From a virus: a DNA stretch of 64,000 bases. The position numbers and the translations under genes are program-made. Below are positions 39,501 to 46,812 of the stretch, in pieces. Positions within the stretch are counted from its first letter, which is position 1. Each line of letters begins with the position of its first letter. The DNA is taken from positions 1-64,000 of IMG/VR virus record IMGVR_UViG_3300030106_005509. One strand, given 5' to 3'. The notes below the pieces were generated by a model. It had not been told where the DNA came from. It worked only from the letters and a program-made list of their open reading frames with translations, and searched no databases.

Positions 39501-42500
39501 CATCCAGACACTACATGGCTAAAAAGTACGCTGACCAAGACATGGCTGGAATAGCCAAAAATATACTCAAGTCAAAAGACAACGGCGATGGAATCCCTAT
39601 GAAAGACCCTCAGTATAGGGCGATGGGGGCTGGAGCTGAAAGAAAATCTTATAGTGGTAAGTATGCAAACTTACCAAAAGCCGTTAAGAATTATTTTCAA
39701 AGCGGATTCTTAGGCGTCAATGGATATAGCTATGGCCAAATGAGTGGTATAGAAGCCTTAGACTATTTTAAGTACGGCACTAGAATGTTCATGGATGGTG
39801 CTGGGAGTGGTGCAACTGGCAGGAATTACGGCGGTCAAGCTCTAGGTGAATATAAGACTATTGGTAATTTACAAAAAGCAGCAGGAAAAAGCAGAGAGAA
39901 TCAAGCAAGCAAACTATACGAAAAAGTAGTAGAGTGGGCTGAAGATAAAGCCTTTAGTAGAAAAACAATGAAGGTTGGTCTCTATAGATTCCCGCTTAAA
40001 AAATCAAAAATAGAAGCCTATGATGATCCAGACACTAATATAAGTGTTGATGGGTTCACGTACCCTAATATTCAACCGGGTGACATATTAGAGAACGATC
40101 CGCAGCTATACGATCTATTCACAGGCGGCAGTCCGGGAGGCAGAAAGCTAGGAGTTGTTTCTTCTGGCTGGGTTCCTGTTGGAGACGCATCTGAAGCTGG
40201 TGCTGGATTTACAGGAGGTCAGTTTTTCCCCGGTAATGAGCTTGAAGAAGTTTACAAGAACTTAGAAGGGTGGATATTTAACTCAGGCTCTCAATATAGC
40301 AAATTTGTTAAAGAGTATCTCACCGGAAATGCTGGAAGAACTGAACTAGCTGTTGTTCGACAGGCTTTTGGTGAGTTTGACAAAATCTGGGGTGGGCTAA
40401 AGCCTAAAAATTGGAAAACCCCAGCAGGATATAATTTAGCAAACGAACCTAGAGCTAACTTTAGTTATATCAAAGGTCTTGTTGAACGTAGACTTTCAAC
40501 AACAGAAAAACAGCTTGCTGACAGTTTTCCATTTAATCCCATGGATATAGATACTTGGGGTTCAGCAATAACTAGCAACACAAGACCTGTCGCTGCGCTT
40601 CAAGAACATTCTCAAAATAGAAGTGATCTATATCAGAAGATGAAAGACTTCTATGCGCAGTTTAAGTTTAAAAATGCACAAGACCCAACGCTTGCATTTG
40701 GTAAAGCTTTTGAAATTGTTCAAGACGATCTTAAAACTGGAGTTAAGGGATACGACGCTAATAATTTTATAAGATTAGCCAACAAAAATGTAGCAGGTCA
40801 ACAAGACGAAAAACAAAGACGCGAAGAAAAGCTAGAGTCCGTCGCAACCGCTATGAAAAACGTGAAAGGTCTCCCTACTGGACTTGGGGCGTTATCAGAA
40901 CACATAGCACAATCCATTAAAGGATTCAAAGCAGCAGGCAACTTCACTAAAATTCCTATGTACGCTAAAAGATCGTCAGCATCTTTGAGAGGTGTTAGAG
41001 ACTTCTGGCAGGCTAAGGATTGGGGCCAAGGAGAGACAAAAGCTTTATATCCTTGGTTAAGCGCTTTGGCTACTGAATTAAGCAGATGGGTAAGCGGCGG
41101 TCTTGTTACAGGAGCTGGAGCTGATAAAAAGGGCGCGTTTATAAACCTAAACGACGCCGAGGTTTTCCGTCAATTAGCAAGAATACAAGACGCTAGAAAT
41201 CAAGGTAAGAATATAGAAGAAGGCGTTGAGGTATTAAAGAAAAACCAGCTGGGAGAAATAATCCAAAGCTTTGAAGGTCCTAGCTTAATGGGTCGTATAG
41301 CGAGGATAGCCAGAAATAAACCTAATGCTTGGTATAACGTAGGTTTTGGTGATGAGTTTCCTTACTATGGAACTTTTGGTTTCGACTCTGTATCAGAAGC
41401 TGTAGGCAAACTTCAAGAAGAAGTAAAGAGAAGTTTTGAAAATACAATACTCATATACAATGAGCAATTTAAAGCAGGTCAAAGACCATTCCAAGCGGCT
41501 AATAAAAATCCTCTACTAATGGCTACGGGTGGTAAAGTTCCCCAACGTTTAGCTTCTGGTGGCGGTGTCTTCGCGTCACGAGGAACCGATACAGTTCCGG
41601 CGATGCTTACACCGGGTGAGTTTGTTGTTAATAAAGATGCGGCCTCTAAAAACAAAGGAGCTTTACAAGCTATTAATAGCGGCCAAACACAATACCTTGC
41701 CGGTGGAGGTGAAGTGCAAGCATGGAAGATGAGAGGTTTTGAATCGACTGGAGGGGTTGGTAATAAAATACTTGCAAGAAACTGGCGGGATACAGCTGCA
41801 AAATACTATCCAGATAAAGAGTTGCCAATGTTATCAACTCCAGCAAGTATAAAATATTCTGGGCCAGACAGAAACCGTGCCGCCATGTCGATGGGCCACC
41901 TCATGCGTCTTGAAGAGATAGCTGGATGGGACATACTTAAATTTCGCGAATATAGAGATAAAATACTTAATTTAAAACTTGCAGACCTTGGGGTTGATCC
42001 TTATGAAATATATCCAAAAGCGCAATCAGGAAGTATTGATCATGAATACGAAGGACAGTCACAAAAACGAGATTTACCAGTTATTTCCAAAACGGGAGAA
42101 GTAAGGCATGTAAATGCTTTAAGAGGTCAGGCGGGACAAAAGCTATTTGGGCATCTGACTAGTGATCCTGTAGCTTATCTTGCGAACTTTAAAAGAGATG
42201 ACTTTTACGAGTATGGAGCAACTGGTGGATATACCGTTAGGGATGCTAACAGATACAGTAGTTTTGATTTAAGAGACAAAGCAAATCCCGGAGGAAAATA
42301 TCGTTTGGTAGGACCTCCTAAAGGTAAGCTACCATCAATTGGAAACATATTTCAGGGTATGCGTGCAAAAGATCAAAAGGCGAGTGGCGATGCTGCTGCG
42401 CTTGCAGATAAAGAGCTAATCGCAATGCAACAGCTAGTTGCAGCTAGAGGTAGCTTCTACGGAGGCGACAGATTTGGTGATATAGAGACCAAAGCCTTTG

Positions 42501-45500
42501 CGTATATGAATAGGGACATGGATGGTGGAGAGTTTGTAGATGTACTTTCCGAAAAAGCTTTATCCAGCATACTTGCTAAAAGCGATATATCGCCTGAAAA
42601 CAAAGAGATTCTAGGTAGAAAATGGGCGAATGTTCACACAAGATTTAAGCGCCAGACTAAGCATGTCATAAGGGGAACAGGGATGGTAGATCCCGAAAAC
42701 CCCGCTTTGACAAAATACGGAGGAGGCGCATCAAGTTTCGAGAGCAAGCTAACTCAATCCTACGCAAAGCTACGTCAGCTAGCGCAAGAGAATTCGGTAA
42801 GCGAAGCTCACCGGGTCAAACTTACGTATGGAGGGATGACTCCAGAACGTATGCGTGGCGGCTTAGAAGGTGACGAAAAGGCTATTATTCCTTTAAATGA
42901 TCCAAACATACTCGATATTATCGAATCGCAAGCAGGGTCTCACTGGAGAAACAACAGCCTGCTTCATATGACACAGCTGAAAAACGATTTGGAAAAAAGA
43001 GTAGCTGGCGGCTCTCTTGGTCCTGAAGACCTGTCGGGTGCGCAAGCGCGATTAAAACAATACGAAGAGTCGATGATATGGGCTAGGTATCTTGAAACGA
43101 TTAGGATGCAGCCCGGCCAATATGGTAAATACATACTTAGAGACATAGAACAACTTTCTGAAACAAGAGCTGGAGGTTTAGACAAACAAACCTTTAACCA
43201 AATGCAAGTGCAGAAAGAGCGTCAGGCAAGAGGTAGAAGTCTTGAACTGACAGCTAAGCATTCAGGACTTTCAGGACTGGTTGATTACTTAGGCTATGCC
43301 TTTAGTCCTTTTGAGCAATTTGAAGATCAAATGCTTAAAAGCAAAGTTGCTGAAATGAGGGATCAAGGATATTCAGAATCACAGATCGCCAGTTTTGTGG
43401 GCGAGGTGAAAAAACATAACTCAATCGCTACCGCCATGACAGAAAGTGTAGCGGCTAATCCGGTGACTAAAGCTCTCGGTAAAGTTGGCATCAGTATGGA
43501 GCAAGTGCTTGGGTCTGGATTGCAAGCACTAAAAGGTTTCTACCATCTATCAGCGGGTGAAGAAAGAGCAGCAGCAATAGAGTTTGGAGCTGCGGCAGTT
43601 AGTTTTGATGAAGGTCTTAACGCTCTTGAAGCTTTGCCCGATTGGAACAAACAGCATGTAAGCAAGGTTGAAGAAAGATGGAAGGCCGAACTTGGGTTAA
43701 GCGATAAAGAGGTTGGAAATAGATCACGCGCTCTTATGATGGCTGATATAGCATCTATGTTCGTTGTGCCTCCGGGACTGCTTGCAAAAGCTGTAACGGC
43801 GCCGATAAAGCTTGGGAGGAAATTGACACCAACAGTAGTAAGAGCAGCTATTGCTACACAAAGAACCGCCAAGAAAACTCTGTTCGGAGCTGGAGAAACA
43901 GGTGCGGCTTTATCTAGAGGTGGAAAATCTGGCGCAGGTTTGCCTAAATATATTGGTGACGATTTTGCAACCGCAGGGAAGCTAACACCGAATCAAATCG
44001 CAAAAGCGGAAGTAGTCACCGATTTACGTGGGCCTGTAAGACCAAAGTCGGGTGTGCAGCATAGCGCTAATAATCCAATTAGACAAAATGCCATTGCTAA
44101 TTATAACAGGGCAAATCCCGAATCAATGGTAAGTAAATTTGATGAGCTTCCAGCATGGGCTAAGCGAGACGCTGTGAATGCGGAGACCGCAGCACGAAAA
44201 CTTGGAGAAATGCGAGATAGTCTTGGCACTTTCTTCAAAAAAATGACAGACACAGACAAATCAGTCGTAAAAGGAGGTGTAACAGCTGACGCTCTTAGTG
44301 TAAATAAAAGAACAGGTGTAGCAACACCATACAAGAAAACTCCTTTCCAAGATGCGGATGCTATGTCGGGGGTAGTGTCAAAAGCTGATGCTGATGCAGC
44401 TATAACAAAAACTCTTAAAGACGCAGAAACTACCGGAATGATTGATGATATCTCTGCGGGTATAGACGCTGATAGAGCAATAGTTAGAAAAACAATTGAT
44501 GATGCTATTGTGCGTCCTAAAATTAGTCAGCAAGAAATTGTACGAGCCAACATGGAGCAAACTAGGATACCTCGTCATGGAGGAATAGTTGAAGGACCTG
44601 CTGGTCCAGTTGCGTTAGACCCTAGTCAAGCCGGTTCTCGCTTTGCGACAACAAAAGCTGATGTTATCTCTGTTGGAGGTGTTGGAGACGATGTTACTAG
44701 AGGTGCTACAAAAACTACAGGTCCACACTCACGGTTCGATGCTCACCTACAGTCTCAGAAAAAATTAGCAGACATAAGGTCGCAACTTAAAGATCCAAAC
44801 TTAACCCCTGAACGAATGGCAGCGCTTAAGCGTCTTGAGTCTCGTTATAGTGGCTCTATCCAAGCAAGAAGTACAAAAGCCACCGATATCTCGGGTCCCA
44901 CAGGTCTACAAGGCACAGGATTAAGTACTCGTCGTAATGTTATTGATAGGGCAGTGGCGAGAGAAAAAGTTGTCAATAACATTGTAGAATCAGCTACGGA
45001 CAACACGATTCCAAGAGCTACCCAGACCAAATTCACTCCTGCATCCACCGCCGCAGACCCTGCGACTACAGCAAAAACAAAAACTTTTGCTGGAAAGATG
45101 AATGAAAAAGGCCGAGGGTCAATACGTAAAGAAGATTTGGATACTGTTGAGATGAGGACTAAAACAAGTCCTGATGATGCGTATATAGATCAGGCGGCTA
45201 TGCAGCAACAAGCTATTAATATACAAAAACAGTTACAACAATTTGAGGCAACTCAAGTAGCATCGACTCCAACAACTGCTGGGGGTAGAAGTGCCAAACG
45301 AGCCGCAAATCAACAGGCAAGTGATAATGCGGCAGCACTGGCAGCAAAGAGGAAGGAGCTTTATGAAGCAGCAGGCTTTGGTTCTGAAAAAGAATATAGA
45401 AAAGCTCTCGAAAAAGCCCAAGCTAATTCAATGTTTGATACATCTAAAGGAAACGTAGATGTAAGAACAGCAGATGTACAGGCAAGTGATGAAGCAATCG

Positions 45501-46801
45501 CTCTTAATCGTGACAGGAAAAGACTTTTCAACATAAGAGAGAGACTCCAAGACAGAAGAAGTTTAAGTGGTGAAGAATTACAAAGATTGGAGCAACTGGA
45601 GTCAACTTATGATAAACAAGTTAAGTACGCGAAAGGTTTACTTGAAGGAAAAATAGCACGCGGTGAACGTCTTACTTACACGCGTAAGGCAAAACAAGCT
45701 GCGGAAGCTGAAGAAATGATAACGATTTACCGTGGTCTTGGAGATGATGGTGGCGAGGCCCTTTCCAATTGGTGGACTACAGACTTAGAAAAGGCAATGA
45801 GTTTCACAGGGAGAGAATCTGGGTCTTTGGTTTCTGTCAAAATTCCAAAATCAGCTGTGAAAAAATTTGATGTTAAGAGTCTTAACGAAAGCCTTCAACT
45901 GCAAAAACAAATGGATGCTGGTGGAATTTCTCAAGATGCATTTGATGCTTTGGGGGTTTCTAAGTCTAGGTTGGAAGAGATTGAAAGAATCGCGATTGCT
46001 GCTAAGGGCCAGAAGGAGACAGATTTTGGTCTAGAAATGTTCTTCTCACAAGATTTTCTTAATCAGTTGAAAGGCTCGAAAATGAAGAGGCTTGACGTTG
46101 CTGATTTGGGTCTGGGTCCGACAGCGAAGAGGCCAAAAATGCCGAAAGGTGCGCAAGGATCTATGCCTTCCCCTGAACAGATGAAAGAGTTTACGAAGCT
46201 CAACCGTAAGGTCACTGCGGACCATTTTAAACGTAAAGAAACAATATTAGATGCGGCGAAAGATTTATTTAAGACTCAGGGATATGCTAAGGGTGGCATT
46301 GTATCTTACTTTAATTCTGGTGGACCGGCTATGGGAACAGATACGATTCCTGCAATGCTCACACCCGGAGAGTTTGTTGTAAGAAAAGCCGCTGTAGATT
46401 CTGTAGGTGTAGAAACACTTAGAGCTATAAATAATATGGGCAAAGGCTCAACAAGTTCTAAGCCTAAGAAAAGAGCTGGAGTTAACTACTTAGCTAATGG
46501 TGGTCAAGGTGAAGCCTCTGGGTTGAGAATGCCAACTCTAGATGTAAAAGACTTTAATACAGCTATAAGTAAATTTGATAGCTCTGTTGATAGACTTGAA
46601 AAAATATTCGGCAACGGCATACAAATGACGCACAATTTTGAGGACATGAATGTTATTGTAACAGTAAACGGAAACTTTGGTGATGATGACGGTGAATTAA
46701 GTAACGGAATGCAGAGAAGAATTAACAGAGAAGTTAGAAAGGGTATAAATGACTTTATAGACAGGTCATTCCCAGATATACCTAGAATGGACATAGCTTA
46801 A
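33560..46801 (+). CDS. giant tape measure protein (4413 aa) with repeated TPGEFV modules and inserted cargo domains
   Basis: TP901-like TMP core near the N-terminus (FEKEMVKVSQVTG...ETIATGFRTIFTRI), glycine-zipper/TM segments, five D(T/S)(V/I)PA(M/L)LTPGEFV repeats; position after tail chaperones. Confidence 0.9.
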   Translation: MAKPFVLTTQLQIQIPNLNQVVSQLNKGLGNVNVPVNINIPKNANTQLTNLNKNVKNAGASARGAAKNFDSMRNSLRGALTYIAKYDAAREIFNLFAQTLRDGVSSAIAFEKEMVKVSQVTGQTMKQLRGLEREITRVSTGFGVSSGSLIKTSRVLAQTGMSARDARIALEALAKTTLAATFDDITSTTETAIAAMRQFGIASTDLEKTLGKINSLAANFAVEAGDIGVAIRRAGGAFKAAGGSLDELNALFTAVRSTTRETAETIATGFRTIFTRIQRPKTIQFLKQLGIELQNVEGQFVGPFEAVRKLNIALKSLDPKDVRYSQIIEQLGGFRQVSKVIPLIQQFGQAQKALNVSQQGGTSLARDAAKAQQSLAVQLTKVKEEYMALFREIFGGQGMQTVIKTTLKLASAFARVVDSLSPIIPLIATIGAAKLGQFALFGSLGRGRKQGGRINRFATGGMVPGKGNSDSVPAMLTPGEFVIRKSSVRTIGANRLQKMNRYGNGGTVERGQVQRVANRKASLKNKYDIGEGGIHDKYRAKLTIKTFDPNDKEVGRKAIEAEAKEAKAYGQKRYQALLKTSGDEKRSAIRAGALMRKRFGLSGFIGKRTSGQSKFFTSKTPRQSQGVTNNLVGGIHERNVSGWAKKNYKSARVGKLPDADGMDFRVGNSGVLIEAKSLKRKLNRDEIIAKGLLAKAVSKNYQDKVSQDVNLKELVYAEAPASLKKSGFTKRNRGGGISSTDTVPALLTPGEFVINRKSAAKIGYGNLNNANRFGKTPKGFAAGGIVGVQKFNNGGEARSPRLGLGVFVALQTILPQLAEAFKSADGEVTDLSMGLDAASQGLMTFATLSFATGDLLEGFGGKVKFAATGLLAVGAAAFAAYQYEKQRGMEREKRAVKNLEEGGFQSETRTAGLRRQFIDARRQQTEGAGGAAGRVAGAAGGAYAGMKAGALIGGLTPAGPVGALVGGILGAIGGGIAGYFGGGAIGEAIGKLNFDEAGAIREFNEKVKSLKLGVSIDGLTNSLKAFSEGRASIGAIASTVRSGIKSLQRGFFDVSTEEGLERFRGQLQKTLPALSEYINKAASSAKSMAEFDAIIGDEALNAFSQLSGQSIPELRRQIQENIAQRKKSAAAQKANIAAIQASNKVLYRARDAGTAFMELERRLVSFDNVMSGVEASINNTFSGLSIGKIAPNFDDITNIFDMSAFTAQVDSLSGVLGESGQSLGQDLKNFAALNSLLPNILTEAAGEIGIGGARASEIIESKLMAADPGGIIGAEFRRVIAQRVQAIAEMGEGGEGKFANRIRTDIEGVVRDLTKGMSETAEAFQKAAQFIDSANQRLAKAYNLRTQLELKQARQLYDIIGLQAENAERMSKARRQPVNADADLNTFNNQQNAILSGTAISGLGSSVTIVSNEFNRLKQRIKESDAALANLGIAADSSGDLLENNRALIDENAALKSQFEKTKQVLENYANVQARVAKVQEEIANAQARQDKAKAVAENIAFGTDQERLKIFRSFKAAEIVASRGLAALPQQFRGDARNMLSQFADAPIFGGKTGQQILDRETANLFKHFPPNIRKALMAEFADARTDEQKFLDRLDKIQQDAVKAQFAFLEGMRGDSKDLKETIAKLNATLANDLRTIFQQQENRALAREVSESKGTLANSKAQLEKLKEIRSAGIPVQDPAVLNAVRSNVAGIKALKDARQNLARFTGAQEFGINLRSQENRFTGFAAADSGRDNLKAIKVLGAQLRQQFGADVGNQLLQKAIDALAQFRVENPEATGAEIAKVIGDTISGAGLSGASSAQGIIDETMANLNAAGLGPYVDTLVNNVDMISTALAAFPSEASWSSLEESIIRTTTTINNANAAIAANSPAGAVKLASGGSIFSPHGTDTVPAMLTPGEFVVNRKAAQRNMGALSALNSGKTQYLAGGGKVGDYFGTQAVREDGKKVEDVWGSHNKAAEAIASWYKKQTSSSGAGSVFDSSRHYMAKKYADQDMAGIAKNILKSKDNGDGIPMKDPQYRAMGAGAERKSYSGKYANLPKAVKNYFQSGFLGVNGYSYGQMSGIEALDYFKYGTRMFMDGAGSGATGRNYGGQALGEYKTIGNLQKAAGKSRENQASKLYEKVVEWAEDKAFSRKTMKVGLYRFPLKKSKIEAYDDPDTNISVDGFTYPNIQPGDILENDPQLYDLFTGGSPGGRKLGVVSSGWVPVGDASEAGAGFTGGQFFPGNELEEVYKNLEGWIFNSGSQYSKFVKEYLTGNAGRTELAVVRQAFGEFDKIWGGLKPKNWKTPAGYNLANEPRANFSYIKGLVERRLSTTEKQLADSFPFNPMDIDTWGSAITSNTRPVAALQEHSQNRSDLYQKMKDFYAQFKFKNAQDPTLAFGKAFEIVQDDLKTGVKGYDANNFIRLANKNVAGQQDEKQRREEKLESVATAMKNVKGLPTGLGALSEHIAQSIKGFKAAGNFTKIPMYAKRSSASLRGVRDFWQAKDWGQGETKALYPWLSALATELSRWVSGGLVTGAGADKKGAFINLNDAEVFRQLARIQDARNQGKNIEEGVEVLKKNQLGEIIQSFEGPSLMGRIARIARNKPNAWYNVGFGDEFPYYGTFGFDSVSEAVGKLQEEVKRSFENTILIYNEQFKAGQRPFQAANKNPLLMATGGKVPQRLASGGGVFASRGTDTVPAMLTPGEFVVNKDAASKNKGALQAINSGQTQYLAGGGEVQAWKMRGFESTGGVGNKILARNWRDTAAKYYPDKELPMLSTPASIKYSGPDRNRAAMSMGHLMRLEEIAGWDILKFREYRDKILNLKLADLGVDPYEIYPKAQSGSIDHEYEGQSQKRDLPVISKTGEVRHVNALRGQAGQKLFGHLTSDPVAYLANFKRDDFYEYGATGGYTVRDANRYSSFDLRDKANPGGKYRLVGPPKGKLPSIGNIFQGMRAKDQKASGDAAALADKELIAMQQLVAARGSFYGGDRFGDIETKAFAYMNRDMDGGEFVDVLSEKALSSILAKSDISPENKEILGRKWANVHTRFKRQTKHVIRGTGMVDPENPALTKYGGGASSFESKLTQSYAKLRQLAQENSVSEAHRVKLTYGGMTPERMRGGLEGDEKAIIPLNDPNILDIIESQAGSHWRNNSLLHMTQLKNDLEKRVAGGSLGPEDLSGAQARLKQYEESMIWARYLETIRMQPGQYGKYILRDIEQLSETRAGGLDKQTFNQMQVQKERQARGRSLELTAKHSGLSGLVDYLGYAFSPFEQFEDQMLKSKVAEMRDQGYSESQIASFVGEVKKHNSIATAMTESVAANPVTKALGKVGISMEQVLGSGLQALKGFYHLSAGEERAAAIEFGAAAVSFDEGLNALEALPDWNKQHVSKVEERWKAELGLSDKEVGNRSRALMMADIASMFVVPPGLLAKAVTAPIKLGRKLTPTVVRAAIATQRTAKKTLFGAGETGAALSRGGKSGAGLPKYIGDDFATAGKLTPNQIAKAEVVTDLRGPVRPKSGVQHSANNPIRQNAIANYNRANPESMVSKFDELPAWAKRDAVNAETAARKLGEMRDSLGTFFKKMTDTDKSVVKGGVTADALSVNKRTGVATPYKKTPFQDADAMSGVVSKADADAAITKTLKDAETTGMIDDISAGIDADRAIVRKTIDDAIVRPKISQQEIVRANMEQTRIPRHGGIVEGPAGPVALDPSQAGSRFATTKADVISVGGVGDDVTRGATKTTGPHSRFDAHLQSQKKLADIRSQLKDPNLTPERMAALKRLESRYSGSIQARSTKATDISGPTGLQGTGLSTRRNVIDRAVAREKVVNNIVESATDNTIPRATQTKFTPASTAADPATTAKTKTFAGKMNEKGRGSIRKEDLDTVEMRTKTSPDDAYIDQAAMQQQAINIQKQLQQFEATQVASTPTTAGGRSAKRAANQQASDNAAALAAKRKELYEAAGFGSEKEYRKALEKAQANSMFDTSKGNVDVRTADVQASDEAIALNRDRKRLFNIRERLQDRRSLSGEELQRLEQLESTYDKQVKYAKGLLEGKIARGERLTYTRKAKQAAEAEEMITIYRGLGDDGGEALSNWWTTDLEKAMSFTGRESGSLVSVKIPKSAVKKFDVKSLNESLQLQKQMDAGGISQDAFDALGVSKSRLEEIERIAIAAKGQKETDFGLEMFFSQDFLNQLKGSKMKRLDVADLGLGPTAKRPKMPKGAQGSMPSPEQMKEFTKLNRKVTADHFKRKETILDAAKDLFKTQGYAKGGIVSYFNSGGPAMGTDTIPAMLTPGEFVVRKAAVDSVGVETLRAINNMGKGSTSSKPKKRAGVNYLANGGQGEASGLRMPTLDVKDFNTAISKFDSSVDRLEKIFGNGIQMTHNFEDMNVIVTVNGNFGDDDGELSNGMQRRINREVRKGINDFIDRSFPDIPRMDIA
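34967..46378 (+). repeat. five dispersed copies of the TPGEFV module inside TMP
   Basis: Core 13-codon copies at 34967, 35780, 39227, 41588 and 46340, all in the TMP frame. Confidence 0.95.
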
Positions 46802-46812
46802 AGGAATAACCA

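Noticed and set aside
34967-46378. TMP repeats as CRISPR repeats, DGR template/variable repeats or inteins
   Set aside because: Conserved at protein level with synonymous divergence, kilobases apart; no reverse transcriptase, adenine-specific mismatch pattern or intein C/HN termini seen
34030-46794. Numerous minus-strand ORFs inside the TMP (and similarly inside other long genes)
   Set aside because: Antisense shadows without RBS or recognisable motifs; expected from the codon bias of the + strand
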